A DNA stretch of 64,000 nucleotides, taken from assembly GCF_006345805.1 (NCBI RefSeq), contig NC_043004.1, positions 56,048,001-56,112,000 on the forward strand, written 5' to 3'. Within the stretch, counting starts at the first letter, position 1; each line of letters starts with the position of its first letter. The DNA comes from Octopus sinensis (Eukaryota). Below the pieces are notes generated by a model, which had not been told where the DNA came from, searched no databases, and was given only the letters and a program-made list of their open reading frames with translations. Of the stretch, positions 12,900 through 24,525 are shown piece by piece. A program made the translations under genes and the position numbers.

Positions 12900-13150
12900 A
12901 GTGACATTGGGAAAGAAGGAACGAAGGTGCAATACTTGTTCGTTGTACCTCCTTGTGCTATTCATGGCCCTTATATGTGATGTATGTGAAGGTGTGCTAC
13001 AGAGAGATTAGGCTGTTGCACAATGTTTCATATCTCAGACCGGTGGTGCGTTGTGTTTTGTGGGAAATATTTCACGTTGCTGTAGCTAACCCTGTGACGG
13101 AATCCATCGAGGGGAATTTAGCCAGCTCGCCTCCCCTGTAGGCTGGTATC
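12900..13150 (-). mobile_element. Possible degenerate CR1/L2-like LINE 3' fragment
   Basis: Minus strand reads ...LRSFFPNVTKI, resembling the SFFPRT..WN tail of CR1/L2-type ORF2. Weak. Confidence 0.3.
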
Positions 13151-13244
13151 ATTTCAAGGTTACAGCTATGCACTGAAGTACATTGTGACAAGCGGTGTAT
13201 AACCATATCTCATAATCTAGCCGATACTGTGATATGTCACATAT

Positions 13245-13385
13245 AAGGCGGTAAATTGGCAGAGCCTTTAGAGTGTCAGATAGAAAGCCTTGCTCTATTT
13301 GTTCTAGCTCCCTTTGGTCTGAGTGGAAATCTCGTGGAGGTCAACTTCACGCTTCACCCATTTCTTTCAGGGTCGATAAATAACG
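13245..13385 (+). mobile_element. SINE family 2, degenerate
   Basis: AAGGCGGTAAATTGGCAGA head and GAGGTCAACTTCACGCTTCACCC...GGGTCGATAAA core. Confidence 0.7.
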
Positions 13386-14189
13386 TATTAGTCTCAGGTG
13401 GTGGAAGAAGGGCAAATCTGTTAGTACACAGAGGGGGATTCATTGCGGTTTCTTATTTGGCTCTTTTGTTCTAACGGCAAAACATGCAACGACGAAAGTA
13501 CTATATGCTTTCCTTTCAACGACATCAGTGGCATAGAGAGAGCAGACTGCATACACGAGCGAGCTATAAATATCCTTGCACTGAATGCACTTTAGTAGAT
13601 ATACTATACATTCCTATTATATATCCCATCCCTGACATAACAACACATAGGAAGCCAAGGTAATGGCCGAGGTGACGAATTAAATAGAACATCCACGTTT
13701 AAGTGAGGATAGACTTTATCTCTCTGTCGCAAATAAATAATTTTTAACACTCTAACTGACTAATTACGACACCAGCGCCTTTTCTGGCGCAGTCAGTCTA
13801 GACTATATATCTGTAAGAATTAGCACTTCCTTCTCTAAGCTTAGATTCGAAATCGAATCCAAGAATCCACGGTCGCTCAAGCCAATGCAATCAAAGGCGC
13901 GAAAGTAAGAATCCCTTTGTTCTGTCAAAAAGTGATTGATCATCTCCCTTTGACCTGCGACCTCAGCCATGTCAGGCTAAGTTCAACTGGACAAGTGGTG
14001 ACCTAAATAAGCACTGTTTCTGTTGCGATATGTCTGTTTTTCTAGCTGTCACAAATATTATAAATACAAGGGGGAAAACAGAAAAGGGACAATCGCAGCG
14101 GAGACGAGCAGACAGATGAGATAGATCTATCTACGCCCCAAGTTTATGGCAGACGACAGACAGTGTTTATCGACTACTGTTTCGAATGA

Positions 14190-14221
14190 AACACGCACAC
14201 ATGCACATACACACACACACA

Positions 14222-14315
<94 letters not shown>

Positions 14316-14316
14316 A
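14190..14316. repeat. (CA)n microsatellite
   Basis: Direct inspection. Confidence 0.95.
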
Positions 14317-14463
14317 ACATATTCATTTCTAATATGTGCTCTATACAAGCAATTCGTAGCATTTGCTTACATTTGTGTGTAGTGTACTTATAACCCTGTA
14401 AATAAAGTTCTTTTAATCATGAAACGGTTTATGTATTTGTTTACATACACACATATTCACTAC

Positions 14464-14709
14464 ATATCGCTAGCGGGAGAAGACTCAATGCTGCCTCTAG
14501 TTGTCGAATGACTATTATTGACAAGAAATCACGCAATCTGGTGATCTCGGGGCTGGGGGTACCGCGGATTTATCTCCCCGCTAGCGATATATAAACAAGA
14601 GTACATTTTACACCAAAAGCCAATGTGAGAGTTTCTCTCATAGTATTGTAGGAAATACGACCGTATGTGGAGGTTGGTGACGTAGGTAAGTCACACGGTC
14701 GCATTCCTA
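14464..14709. other. Cluster of inverted repeats / possible structured RNA
   Basis: 17-bp arms at 14464-14480 and 14573-14590 enclosing two inner hairpins; hairpin TGAGAG/CTCTCA near 14626-14640; about 18-bp hairpin at 14649-14709. Confidence 0.5.
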
Positions 14710-14818
14710 ACGAAATAAGATAAGCCATAAATACAATTTATACAATGCAGTGCCAACAGAATATAGATGAATTGACGACAAGCCGTTCCACTGTTTTTGG
14801 GAGAAGATAAGATTTTAT

Positions 14819-15004
14819 TTACAATGGTGTTAATGTTAGAAGGTTGTGAGCGCTAGCAAGCGTTGTGTATGTGTGCGTGCAACACGTGTTTGTGTCTGTG
14901 TGTTCGTGTGTGTGACAGATACAATAAGGGTGAATGCGTGAGACATAGAAAGTACAGAGCATAGAGTTAATGATGGAAATTGGTTTACAGTTCGTAAGGT
15001 ACAT
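14819..15004 (-). CDS. Candidate 61-aa small ORF of unknown function
   Basis: First ATG downstream of the predicted TSS (about 15250), with A at -3. The stop is followed at once by AATAAA. No homology recognised, and the 3' part overlaps CA-rich sequence. Confidence 0.2.
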   Translation of the reverse strand: MYLTNCKPISIINSMLCTFYVSRIHPYCICHTHEHTDTNTCCTHTYTTLASAHNLLTLTPL

Positions 15005-15244
15005 GATGTGTAAGAGTTCAATATCAAGATGTGTCTCGATGTCTGAAGTGGACGATGGTGATGGCGACGATGGTAGAGACGACTTGAAGTTGGTACAATG
15101 ATGGTGACGACGGCGGCGGAGATAGAAGGCTTTCTGCGGTGCCGGATGTATGCTGGCGTCGTCGCTGGTTGTAGCAGGAGCAATCGTCTGTCGCTGGGTT
15201 GAGTATCTCTGTGGTCTGAAGTTAGACCTGAGAAGGACTAGAAC

Positions 15245-15530
15245 CAAAGACGCAAATATACTGAGAACACTCCCTTATATACAAGTAAGGTGGCTCAACA
15301 GAGCCTATGAAATGGGACCGTAACCAAAGGCCGTGATTGGTTGGCTTTGGACAGTGGCGCGAAATAAGTAGAGACAAATCGCGCCACCTGTCAACCAATC
15401 AATTTAGTGGACACAACAGGAACAGCTCGGCCAAAGATGGCTGTAATCTCAAACGAGATCATTCCTGCCGTGTCTCTCAAACAATGAGGATATCAGAGAC
15501 TGCTACAGCCACATTTCAAAATGGCTAATA
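15245..15530. promoter_or_regulatory. Putative (possibly bidirectional) Pol II promoter
   Basis: Minus-strand TATATAAG at 15281-15274. CCAAT boxes at 15335-15340 (-) and 15395-15400 (+). E2F consensus TTTCGCGCC at 15364-15356 with mirror TCGCGCCA at 15379-15386. YY1-like AAGATGGC at 15434 and AAAATGGC at 15518. Confidence 0.6.
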
Positions 15531-16647
15531 TGCTACTGCTACAGTATCTACCGCAGTATAATTTGCTCTAATAGAACATCCACCTTTAAGTAAGGATAAA
15601 AAATTATGTTCTAGTTTAGTTATGGAGAACCAGACTCTGCCTATTGAGATGTATACCTAATTTTGATTCTAGTTGAAGGATTTATATTTTCACACGTCAA
15701 TAAGGCACATTATAACTTTACATAGCAAACATAATCAACACCAACAGTATGTAGTCTTTGTCGTTGTTTTACTGAAGTCAGCTTCCACGGCAAAACTTAC
15801 GACCGAATATGTCCCATCTGCGATCATCTCGTTCTTATTTTACATGTAGTATATCTAATATTATATAACCTATTGTGCACTTTTAAAAGATTGTAGGGTG
15901 TAGTTTTAGGCAGATTTAGCTGCCATCAATAGTTTGATGAAATTCTTATAGTGGCTCTCAATATTACCAATCATGTTTAAGGTGAGATGATAATTATATT
16001 TAGTCAATATATTGCTTATAATTCTACGATCTTTTGCGATCTTTTTCTGAAACCGTTTGATGATAATAGATATATCTATCCCTCTTCCGCAGCGTACTCT
16101 CTACCCAATCTGGTATCCAAATTCGAAATTTTTCCTTCCATCAGACAGATTTGTTCATTAATATGAAAGAAGCAGAAATTATATCCTGCTGCTGTGCATG
16201 AAGTGATGTTAACAAGAGACTTTCTACGAGGTCGCATTCTTCGCTAAAAATAGTAGCCAAATCTGTTTTTGTTAGCACCTTACACTATTGATTAAAATTG
16301 CCTTACTGATTATGTCGTGTCTGAAAGAAAACAAATGGGACGTTCATGAGCGAAAAATATTTAGTCGCACATCAGCTGAGTCAGGACTGGCAACAACAAC
16401 AACAGCAGCGGCAGCAGCAACAACAACAACAAAAATAGGGGCAGCAATTATTCCTGCGTAATGATAAAGTAATACCCGGGTGTAAATCTACTAACATACT
16501 CGATTACATTCATTGAGCTTTATGTCAATACCATTTGAGATACCAAAGAGGGAATCTCTACATGCTCGATAGATACACAAGAAATATGACTTCTCACCGT
16601 GCACGTGCGCACACACACACAAAAACCCACAGACATACACATACACA

Positions 16648-16869
16648 TATAGTTGCGTGGAAAGAAGCTTGCTTCCCAACCATATTGTTTCGAGTTCAGT
16701 CCCTCTGCATTACAATAGGGCAAACATCTTCTGCTATAGCCTCGGGCTAACCTTGTGACTGAAATTGGAAGACGGAAACTGAAAGAAGCCCGTCAGTATA
16801 TATATATATATAATATATATATATATATAATATATATATATATTATATATATATATATATATATATCTT

Positions 16870-16906
<37 letters not shown>

Positions 16907-17010
16907 TTGTGTATGCGTGTTTTTGTCTCTGTTTTTGTCCCCCACCACCACTTAATAACCGTTATTGGTGTATTTACGTTCCTGTAACTTATAGAATAAG
17001 TAAAAAGCTT
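16648..17010 (+). mobile_element. SINE family 1, degenerate
   Basis: AAGAAGCTTGCTTCCCAACCAT...GAAACTGAAAGAAGCCCGTC followed by an expanded (TA)n. Confidence 0.8.
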
Positions 17011-17056
17011 GAAAAAGCAATGTTACTGGGAACGATCATGACCACCGTCTAAATTT

Positions 17057-17120
<64 letters not shown>

Positions 17121-17127
17121 ATTATTA

Positions 17128-17859
17128 TATGTAGAAAAATACAAACTGGGACAAGAACGCAAAACATTTAGAAGACGATACAAAAAACACGGACGGGACA
17201 TTCGAAGTCCTCAATCTTCAGTCAAGAACCGGATCATCATAGCAATTTCGGCTGATTAATCTTGAGATCGCTCCGATCCGGCCAGCCCCCAGGAAAAACT
17301 AAGCTACGAGCATTAGAAAAACTAAGCTACGAGCCTTAGATTTCTTGGAAGAAGGATCGAATGTATACGAAATAGGGACAGAAAAACGGACGAGGCCAGA
17401 CGAATATAAAATACAAAAAACAATAATGAAATACAAAAAACAAAAATGAAATACAAAAAGCAATAATGGTAAAAACAGGACGAAAACAACAGGTGTCTTA
17501 CGAGTAATAACAGTACAAGTTTAGCTGGCGTATTTTGGGAAAAAAGCCTTTATCGGCAGACGAAGACAACAGATGTTCTCACGGCGGTGGTCGAAGGCCA
17601 AAAGGCTGATTTTGACCAGCGGTCACGTAACAGAAGAAAGAGAAAAGAAAGGGGTCAAAGGAAACAAAGAGAGAGAGAGAAAAAAGAGGGACGAAGGCGA
17701 CAAAGGGGAGAGAAGAGAGAGAAAGAAGGAATTAGAGAGGGGAGAAGGAGTGGGTGTCAAAGAATGACTTGTGAGTGCAAAGTAAGAAAGACAGAGAAAT
17801 GTAAGAGTGAGGGAAGAGTAGACCAAAGAATCAGAGGCAAGAAAAGAGAAAAGGGGGAG

Positions 17860-17912
<53 letters not shown>

Positions 17913-18045
17913 AGGAATTAGAGAGGGGAGAAGGAGTGGGTGTCAAAGAATGACTTGTGAGTGCAAAGTAAGAAAGACAGAGAAATGTAAGAGTGAGGGA
18001 AGAGTAGACCAAAGAATCAGAGGCAAGAAAAGAGAAAAGGGGGAG

Positions 18046-18080
<35 letters not shown>

Positions 18081-18250
18081 AGAGTCGTACCAAATTTACA
18101 GGAATATGTGCTCACATAAGTGTCAAGGGGGTACGGACGCCGCCAAATATATTATTATTATATGTAGAAAAATACAAACTGGGACAAGAACGCAAAATAC
18201 TATAGAAGACGATACAAAAAACACGGACGGGACATTCGAAGCCCTCAATA
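17128..18250 (-). mobile_element. Penelope-like non-coding repeat with an internal 186-bp tandem duplication and a second partial terminus (18160-18250)
   Basis: Reverse homologue of 560-1220. ATGTAGAAAAATACAAACTGGGACAAGAACGC occurs at about 17129 and 18162. Confidence 0.55.
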
Positions 18251-19146
18251 CACACACGTACACACACACACACACACACACCACACACACACACACACAT
18301 ATATAAATATAACAGGCTTCTTATCAAATTCCATTTACTAGTTGTTAGTCACCCTGAACCTACCGTAGAAGCTACTTGCCGTAGATGGCGTGCAGTAGGA
18401 TCGAACGCAGAATTACATACTTATAATGCAAACTTTTTAACCTTACAGTCACGTCTTTGCTTGTATTTCCTCTAATTGAATTACAGTAGCAATGCTTGAT
18501 ATCATATCTCTTCATACTCGTTCACCTCGTCCTCCTCGCCACATACAAACAGATAATATACGAGTCAGATGATTACATTCTTTTTACATTAGTCTAATAA
18601 TTTGAAAAATCATCTCCCTTTCAAGATATATTACGTTCAGACATATTACAAATTCAGATATTCAAGCGAGTGAATATAACATTAAATCTTTTTTAATCAA
18701 CATTTCCCCTGACATAACTATCTAAAGTATAGCACTGGCTCCTGAATTTATTACTTTGATTTCATTAGAGCTCTGTTGAACGATCATTTATTCTAAACTG
18801 CTATTCCATTCATATATTTATTGTGAACAGATAAGGAATATTTCCTCAAGAGAACTGGAATTCTTTTTTTCCTAAACTCTAAACTCAGTCGTGAATTTTA
18901 CGATCTTTCAAAACACAACTCTAATTAACTCATTCAGTTACGACTTAACTCTTCGACAGCGTATATAATTAGGCGATTGAAGGCTAATAATAGGGAAATG
19001 TAGTTTGATAATATACTCCCGTCAGATAACATTTTAACACTTTTCTCTTTAATATTTACACTACAGACTAGAGGTGACCAAGCCAAGTTATTGTCAAGAC
19101 AACCGCAACATAGTTTTCTTTTTAAATTTAAATTAGAATAGGCATA

Positions 19147-19200
<54 letters not shown>

Positions 19201-19399
19201 TGAAGTATGTTAGGTTCAATATTACAGATATATATGAAATTAAATATATTTCGTGGTGACAAGACCTATACGTGTATATACACGAAATTATTTATAAATA
19301 TATACATTAACTATGCATAGGATATAATTTGTAAAATTTTAGAAATTATGATAGATAATTGGAAAGGGCTAGATTATGAATGAAAAGAATATATATACA

Positions 19400-20000
19400 C
19401 ATAGGAACGGATACAACTTCAGGTACCAAATTTCGGTCATAGTGGAAAAAGGAACCGCGTTATTTGGTCTTGTATATTAGGGTTAGTTAATTCAGTTAAT
19501 CGGGGATTGGTGGAATCTTCCAATTTCTTAAATGATATTTTCCTGCATGGACACAACCTCGAAAAAATTCCCCTCTGGAGTTTAATGCCGTATCCGCAAA
19601 CCTTGAATTAAATATAATTATCAATTTTTCGGTCAGGCAGGGATTACATTTGACTGACTCATTTATATAGGATTTAGATCTTAAAATTCTCCATTTATCT
19701 GTAAATGGAATGCTTCTCTCTGTAAGGTTTCTCTGTTTAGTTTAATGTATTTCAGCTTATCCTTATGACGAAACGTCGCAGTATGATTTTTATATCTAAT
19801 TTTAAACGGCCCCTTGCTTAAGCCAATATATGCTTTCTTATCCTTATCATTAGATGTTGTACAGACCTCTGCTCCATATACTATTGACCTTGTTAAACAA
19901 TGCTGCTGGAGCAGACAATCCCGGTTCTCTACAATTACAGCCAGCTTTGATTGAGACCTGAACCTTGAAGATGCTGAGCGTATTGGACGCCCATCTGTGC
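19400..20000 (-). mobile_element. Penelope-like element 3' fragment encoding a GIY-YIG endonuclease (pseudogene)
   Basis: ORF 19681-20067 reads CLLQQHCLTRSIVYGAEV...KAYIGLSKGPFKIRYKNHTATFRH (IVY...YIG...R..NH). Downstream ALNSRGEFFRGCVH matches the PLE C-terminal LN...E...CxH motif. Confidence 0.85.
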
Positions 20001-20289
20001 ATAAGTCTGTTTTAGATCTAGATAATGATTGAAAGGGAGCATTCCTATTTAATGAGTTTACAATCACAATATTGACAAGTACGAAGAAGTCTTTGTTTTG
20101 CTGATGAGCTTATAATGTTATGGAAACCTGTTCAGAGTTGTCTCCCGTATTTGTCTAAATACTTGAAATGACATTAGTCAATTAAATATCTAAACCTCTA
20201 GATCAGCAATTGTTAACAGTATAATTTTACAGATTATTGATCGCATCTTTACAGTCGACAAATGTTTTAATATTTCTATCTACAACACA

Positions 20290-20410
20290 TTTCGATCGGT
20301 TTGATCTACGACCGTTTGATCTTCGAACTTCTAATCTCCGATAGTTTGATCTTCGATCTTTTTATCTCGGATTGTTTGATCTATGATTGAGGATCAACCA
20401 GATCGAAACG
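20290..20410. repeat. Short array of about 15-bp units (GTTTGATCTTCGATC-like)
   Basis: TTTGATCT recurs at a spacing of about 15 bp. Resembles subterminal repeats of DNA transposons. Confidence 0.6.
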
Positions 20411-22257
20411 CAAATTAGATGTAAATAAAACATTTTAATCTGTAAAGTTGATGCGGATAATCATTAGCATTTTAATATTATCATTAATATCATTACTGAA
20501 TCAATATTATTATTATTTATTCCTTACTCTACTATCATTTCTACTTAGATTTTTAAAAATCCTACTTGATTGAATATGCTAGCATTTCGTTAAAATACCT
20601 TAATTACTAATTATTAACGAACGACACAAATTTCACTAAATGCTAAATGCATAATCAAGTTTTAGTTAAAGTTAAATATTTCTATGACGTATGTAAACTG
20701 TTAGAAATTTCTCAATGTTGTTATAAGCACGTTTAACTTACATTTCAAATCTCTTAAACGCTTGTATACTTTCTAAGATCATGCTTTTAAATACTTTTGA
20801 CATCAGACAGCGATTTCACTGGGGCAACGCATTAAATACGTCGGGGTAGCATGTACCATGCTTTTGCCAATTTTTTAGGCGCTTATCTTGACACAATCTT
20901 GACAATACCAGTATTTTTTTCAGCGCAGCATAAAGAATGTGACAGCTGAGTATAGAACGCACTGTATGATTCAGGAATCGAATCCATTATCTTATAATCG
21001 TGAGTCTAACACTCTAACTTATAGACCACGCATCTTCAAATGTATAATATGCATAATCTTATAATTTCTATTATAAGTTATTCAAGAGTGGATATAAGCG
21101 TCGAGTAAGTGGCTCAGATGCAGCCAGTCGTCAGGCTGGATATACGTTTAACGTTAGCAGGTAAAACGTTTTGTGGGAAGGAGTGGTACTCGAAGTCTGT
21201 TTTGAAAGTTGGTGACAAAGGGAATTCCTCTAAAGTTAGTAACCTGTAATGCCTATCACAGAAATTAGTTTGCTTCTTACCCCAGTCAGTGCGTAAAATA
21301 AATTTAATTTTCAGCGTAGCTGAATGAAGAGAAGATACACGTCCTTCACTCAGGGCACTCGTAAAATGATGCGATCTCACAATGTTGCAAATAAAATAAA
21401 GGAACCGTTTTGTAATTGGCCTACGAGCTCGATATCTCCTCCTACCTTCATCGAAGAAGAAGAAGGACACATAGTGTAATGTTTGTGAGAAACGTGAATG
21501 GACACAGCAAGAATATATTCGATCTAGCAGCTTGATAGTTCTGCTACAGAAATCAGCTTATAATGATGTCAATTTGTACTTCTTACTACAAACAGTAAGG
21601 AACGTAATTTCGATTTTTAATGATGGTGAAACAAAGAACAGACCATTTCTTTAACTGGTGACTGACCTGTGGCTAAACGGCTATGACGAATGCACCAAGA
21701 TGATGGCAAGGGCTTCCATTCATCAACTAAAACTTTCGTCAGAATAAACTAATGAATATTTGAATATAGTCAATGAACGAATCAAAGGACGAATGAAAGA
21801 TTTTGTTTGTCAAGGAGAAAATTGATAAACAAATGAAACGTAAATTTAGCGAAAGAACTGTACTTACAGAAATACGAGATTGTTCAAGGAAAGAGGAAAA
21901 AGTAAAAAAATAAAAAGAAAGGAAAAATCGAATCTGTGGACATTGATTATTGTTATTATCGAAATCTACATTGATTATATTTTGACTTCCTTATGTAGAC
22001 GAAAAGGAAATTAACTCAATATTATCAGAGAAATCGGCTTCGGTTAATTTTAAATGAGGTTGAATTAAATTGAGCGGATATGTATGTCTTTTAATTAACA
22101 GGCATTTAGTATAACCACGTATTTATGAGGTCCACATGTAAAGGTGAAACGTAACTAGGAGGTCCATGAGGTATATAAGAATGAAGTGATTTTCAGTCAC
22201 TGGACCACAAATTCCAGTTTCAAATCTTCATTAGGTGAGTTGGTAAAAATATACTAG

Positions 22258-22445
22258 TTTCAAATTTTGACACAAGGCCAGTAATTTCCTGGTAGGGCAT
22301 GAAGGGAAGTGGTACTAATTTTATCGACTTCAAAAAGATGAAAGATAAAATTGACCTCGGCGAATTTGAATTCAGAACGTAAAGACAGACGAAATGCCAA
22401 TAAGCATCCCCGCACCTACCAGCGAATCTACCAGCGCGCCGCCTT
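22258..22445 (-). mobile_element. SINE family 2
   Basis: Reverse of the family 2 head and core (TTGACCTCGGCGAATTTGAATTCAGAACG...GCGCGCCGCCTT). Confidence 0.8.
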
Positions 22446-22505
22446 TACTTGATACAGATATATAAATTGTTCCGGATGTTTAGTGTGCGTGTCTGTGAGT
22501 GAGTG

Positions 22506-22537
<32 letters not shown>

Positions 22538-22548
22538 ATTTATATATA

Positions 22549-22648
22549 CGAGGCGTGTGTGAAAAGTTTTAAAACCCAAAAAACCTGGTACAAGACTTCT
22601 GATAAAGGTACAAGACTTCAAGGCTCAAAACTGTTCATACACCCCTCG
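22549..22648. mobile_element. 100-bp mariner-type MITE
   Basis: TIRs CGAGGCGTGTGTGAAAAGTTTT and AAAACTGTTCATACACCCCTCG. Inserted in (TA)n. Confidence 0.75.
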
Positions 22649-22650
22649 TG

Positions 22651-22703
<53 letters not shown>

Positions 22704-22880
22704 ACGGGAAGCTTACGAAAATAAAGAAAAGACGAAGGCAGGTGGAGTACAAAAAACAATTGTATTAGTATGGCGCTCAGGAATAGAAATAAAACAAGTC
22801 TTTCACGTTTCGAGCCTACGCTCTTCAACAGAAAGATACACAGAAAAGATACAAGGAGAGAAACAAGGAGAGAAAGCTTA
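22704..22880 (-). mobile_element. Penelope-like short repeat with minimal hammerhead motif
   Basis: Homologous to 49905-49997 (+) and 63755-63910 (-). Minus strand reads TCTTT-CTGTTGAA-GAGC-GTAG-GCTC-GAAAC-GTG-AAAGA. Confidence 0.65.
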
Positions 22881-23045
22881 TAGATGAGAGGCAGATATTC
22901 TCTGTTTAGAATACACTTCGTAGTACTCAAGCGATTTAAACTTGAGCTGATAGAGTAAATGTAAGTATGAACAAGTTAGGTAAGTCGATATACAAAAAAT
23001 ATTAAATACGTTTAATATAAAAAATTGAAGATGTTCTTACTTATG

Positions 23046-23252
23046 AAAAAGTCCGACTTACACAGAATAGAAATGATATCAAGAATTAAAGGGGTCGAAG
23101 ACAGGGGCTGGTATTATCCGATGATGGAATCAATTTACAATCATTATTTCGGACCAACAGCTGCCCCCAAATAACTGTTGGTCGAGTTAAACTCTTATTC
23201 ATCCCCTTCAATTCCTGATATCATTTCAATTCTCTGTGAGTCGGACCTTTTT
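23046..23252. repeat. Foldback element with about 50-bp imperfect arms
   Basis: Arms at 23046-23094 and 23203-23252. Inner hairpin GACCAACAG (23152-23160) / CTGTTGGTC (23175-23183). Confidence 0.8.
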
Positions 23253-23306
23253 ATATGTAAAAATATATACAATTATTGTATTAGACGTATTTAATATTTT
23301 TTTTAT

Positions 23307-23478
23307 AAGGCGGTGAGCTAGCAGAAACGTTAGCACACCGGGCGAAATGCATAGCGGTATTTCGTCTGTCATTACGTTCTGAATTCAAATTCCGCCGAGG
23401 TCGACTTTGCTTTTCATCCTTTCGGAGTCTATTAAATAAGTACCAGTTACATACTGGGGTCGATATAATCGACTTAAT
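23307..23478 (+). mobile_element. SINE family 2
   Basis: High similarity to 5953-6125. Confidence 0.88.
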
Positions 23479-24051
23479 CTGTGTCACGGAGTTGCCCTCT
23501 TGTAGAATGTTACTGAGAGACACTCTAATGGACCTAGGGTAGACGACGCCCTTCAGCTCTTTATCTATTCATCCGAGAGAAGGTAACTCTACATCAACAC
23601 TGCATGTCGATAATTACTGGATTCGGGGCATCTGTTGCATTACTAGTTGGAAGAATCAGAGCATGGGACTGGTTCTGCATGAAAGATACCTCCGATAATA
23701 ATAAACCCCTGATGCCTTTTCAGGTAATTTATTGAACGCTTAAAAACGGCTAAGCGGTGGGAAGGGAAACTCCTAAAGAAAATCTAGAAGGAGGGTCAAT
23801 ACCGCAGGTATGTATTGTTATAATTCACTGCTATTTGGCATCCCCTCTGGCTCCATGCATGCTGTGAACATATTTTCTTCGTGTACCTGGGGCTAAGCTC
23901 TTGCTCTTAGAAGCAGTCCAGGTACAGCAGTGATGGATAAGATATTGTTTACACAATACCGTCGGCCAACGACGAAAACGGTCAATCAAAACCAAAGTTA
24001 CGCGCACGTGTTTGTGTGTGTGTGCGTATGTGTGTGTGCGTGTGTGCGTGC

Positions 24052-24106
<55 letters not shown>

Positions 24107-24253
24107 AGTAGGTGAATGAATTATCCTAGTATGGATAATTCGGTTAACCGATACCTGGGTAGCAAATTAACGTCAGAAAACACGGTTGAAGCTACATGCC
24201 AAGGGCAGAAATGCAGTGTTCTCGTATGGAAATTTGTGTGTTTGTTTTAACTT

Positions 24254-24525
24254 TAAGTAAATGAAAGAATGGAGTCGAACGACGATTTTAACAAAATTCC
24301 TTTACTCTCGACATATGTTTCGAAGACTGCATATTCTTAATACCGAAGGAATAACAGTTTTTGTTCGTCATGATGCTGACATAGGTTCCTTGTCTTTCCT
24401 GATGAGAAGGCGGCATAATGCACCCTTTATTCCTTCGGAATTAAGAATATGCAGTCTTCGAAACATATGTCGAGAGTAAAGGAATTTTGTTAAAATCGTC
24501 GTTCGACTCCATTCTTTCATTTACT

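Noticed and set aside
21114-21760. Coding-like GC-richer segment and 118-aa ORF
   Set aside because: No recognisable motif or splice structure. Probably an unclassified old repeat.
23482-23930. Possible solo LTR starting TGTCACGG
   Set aside because: No matching 3' end or TSD could be found.
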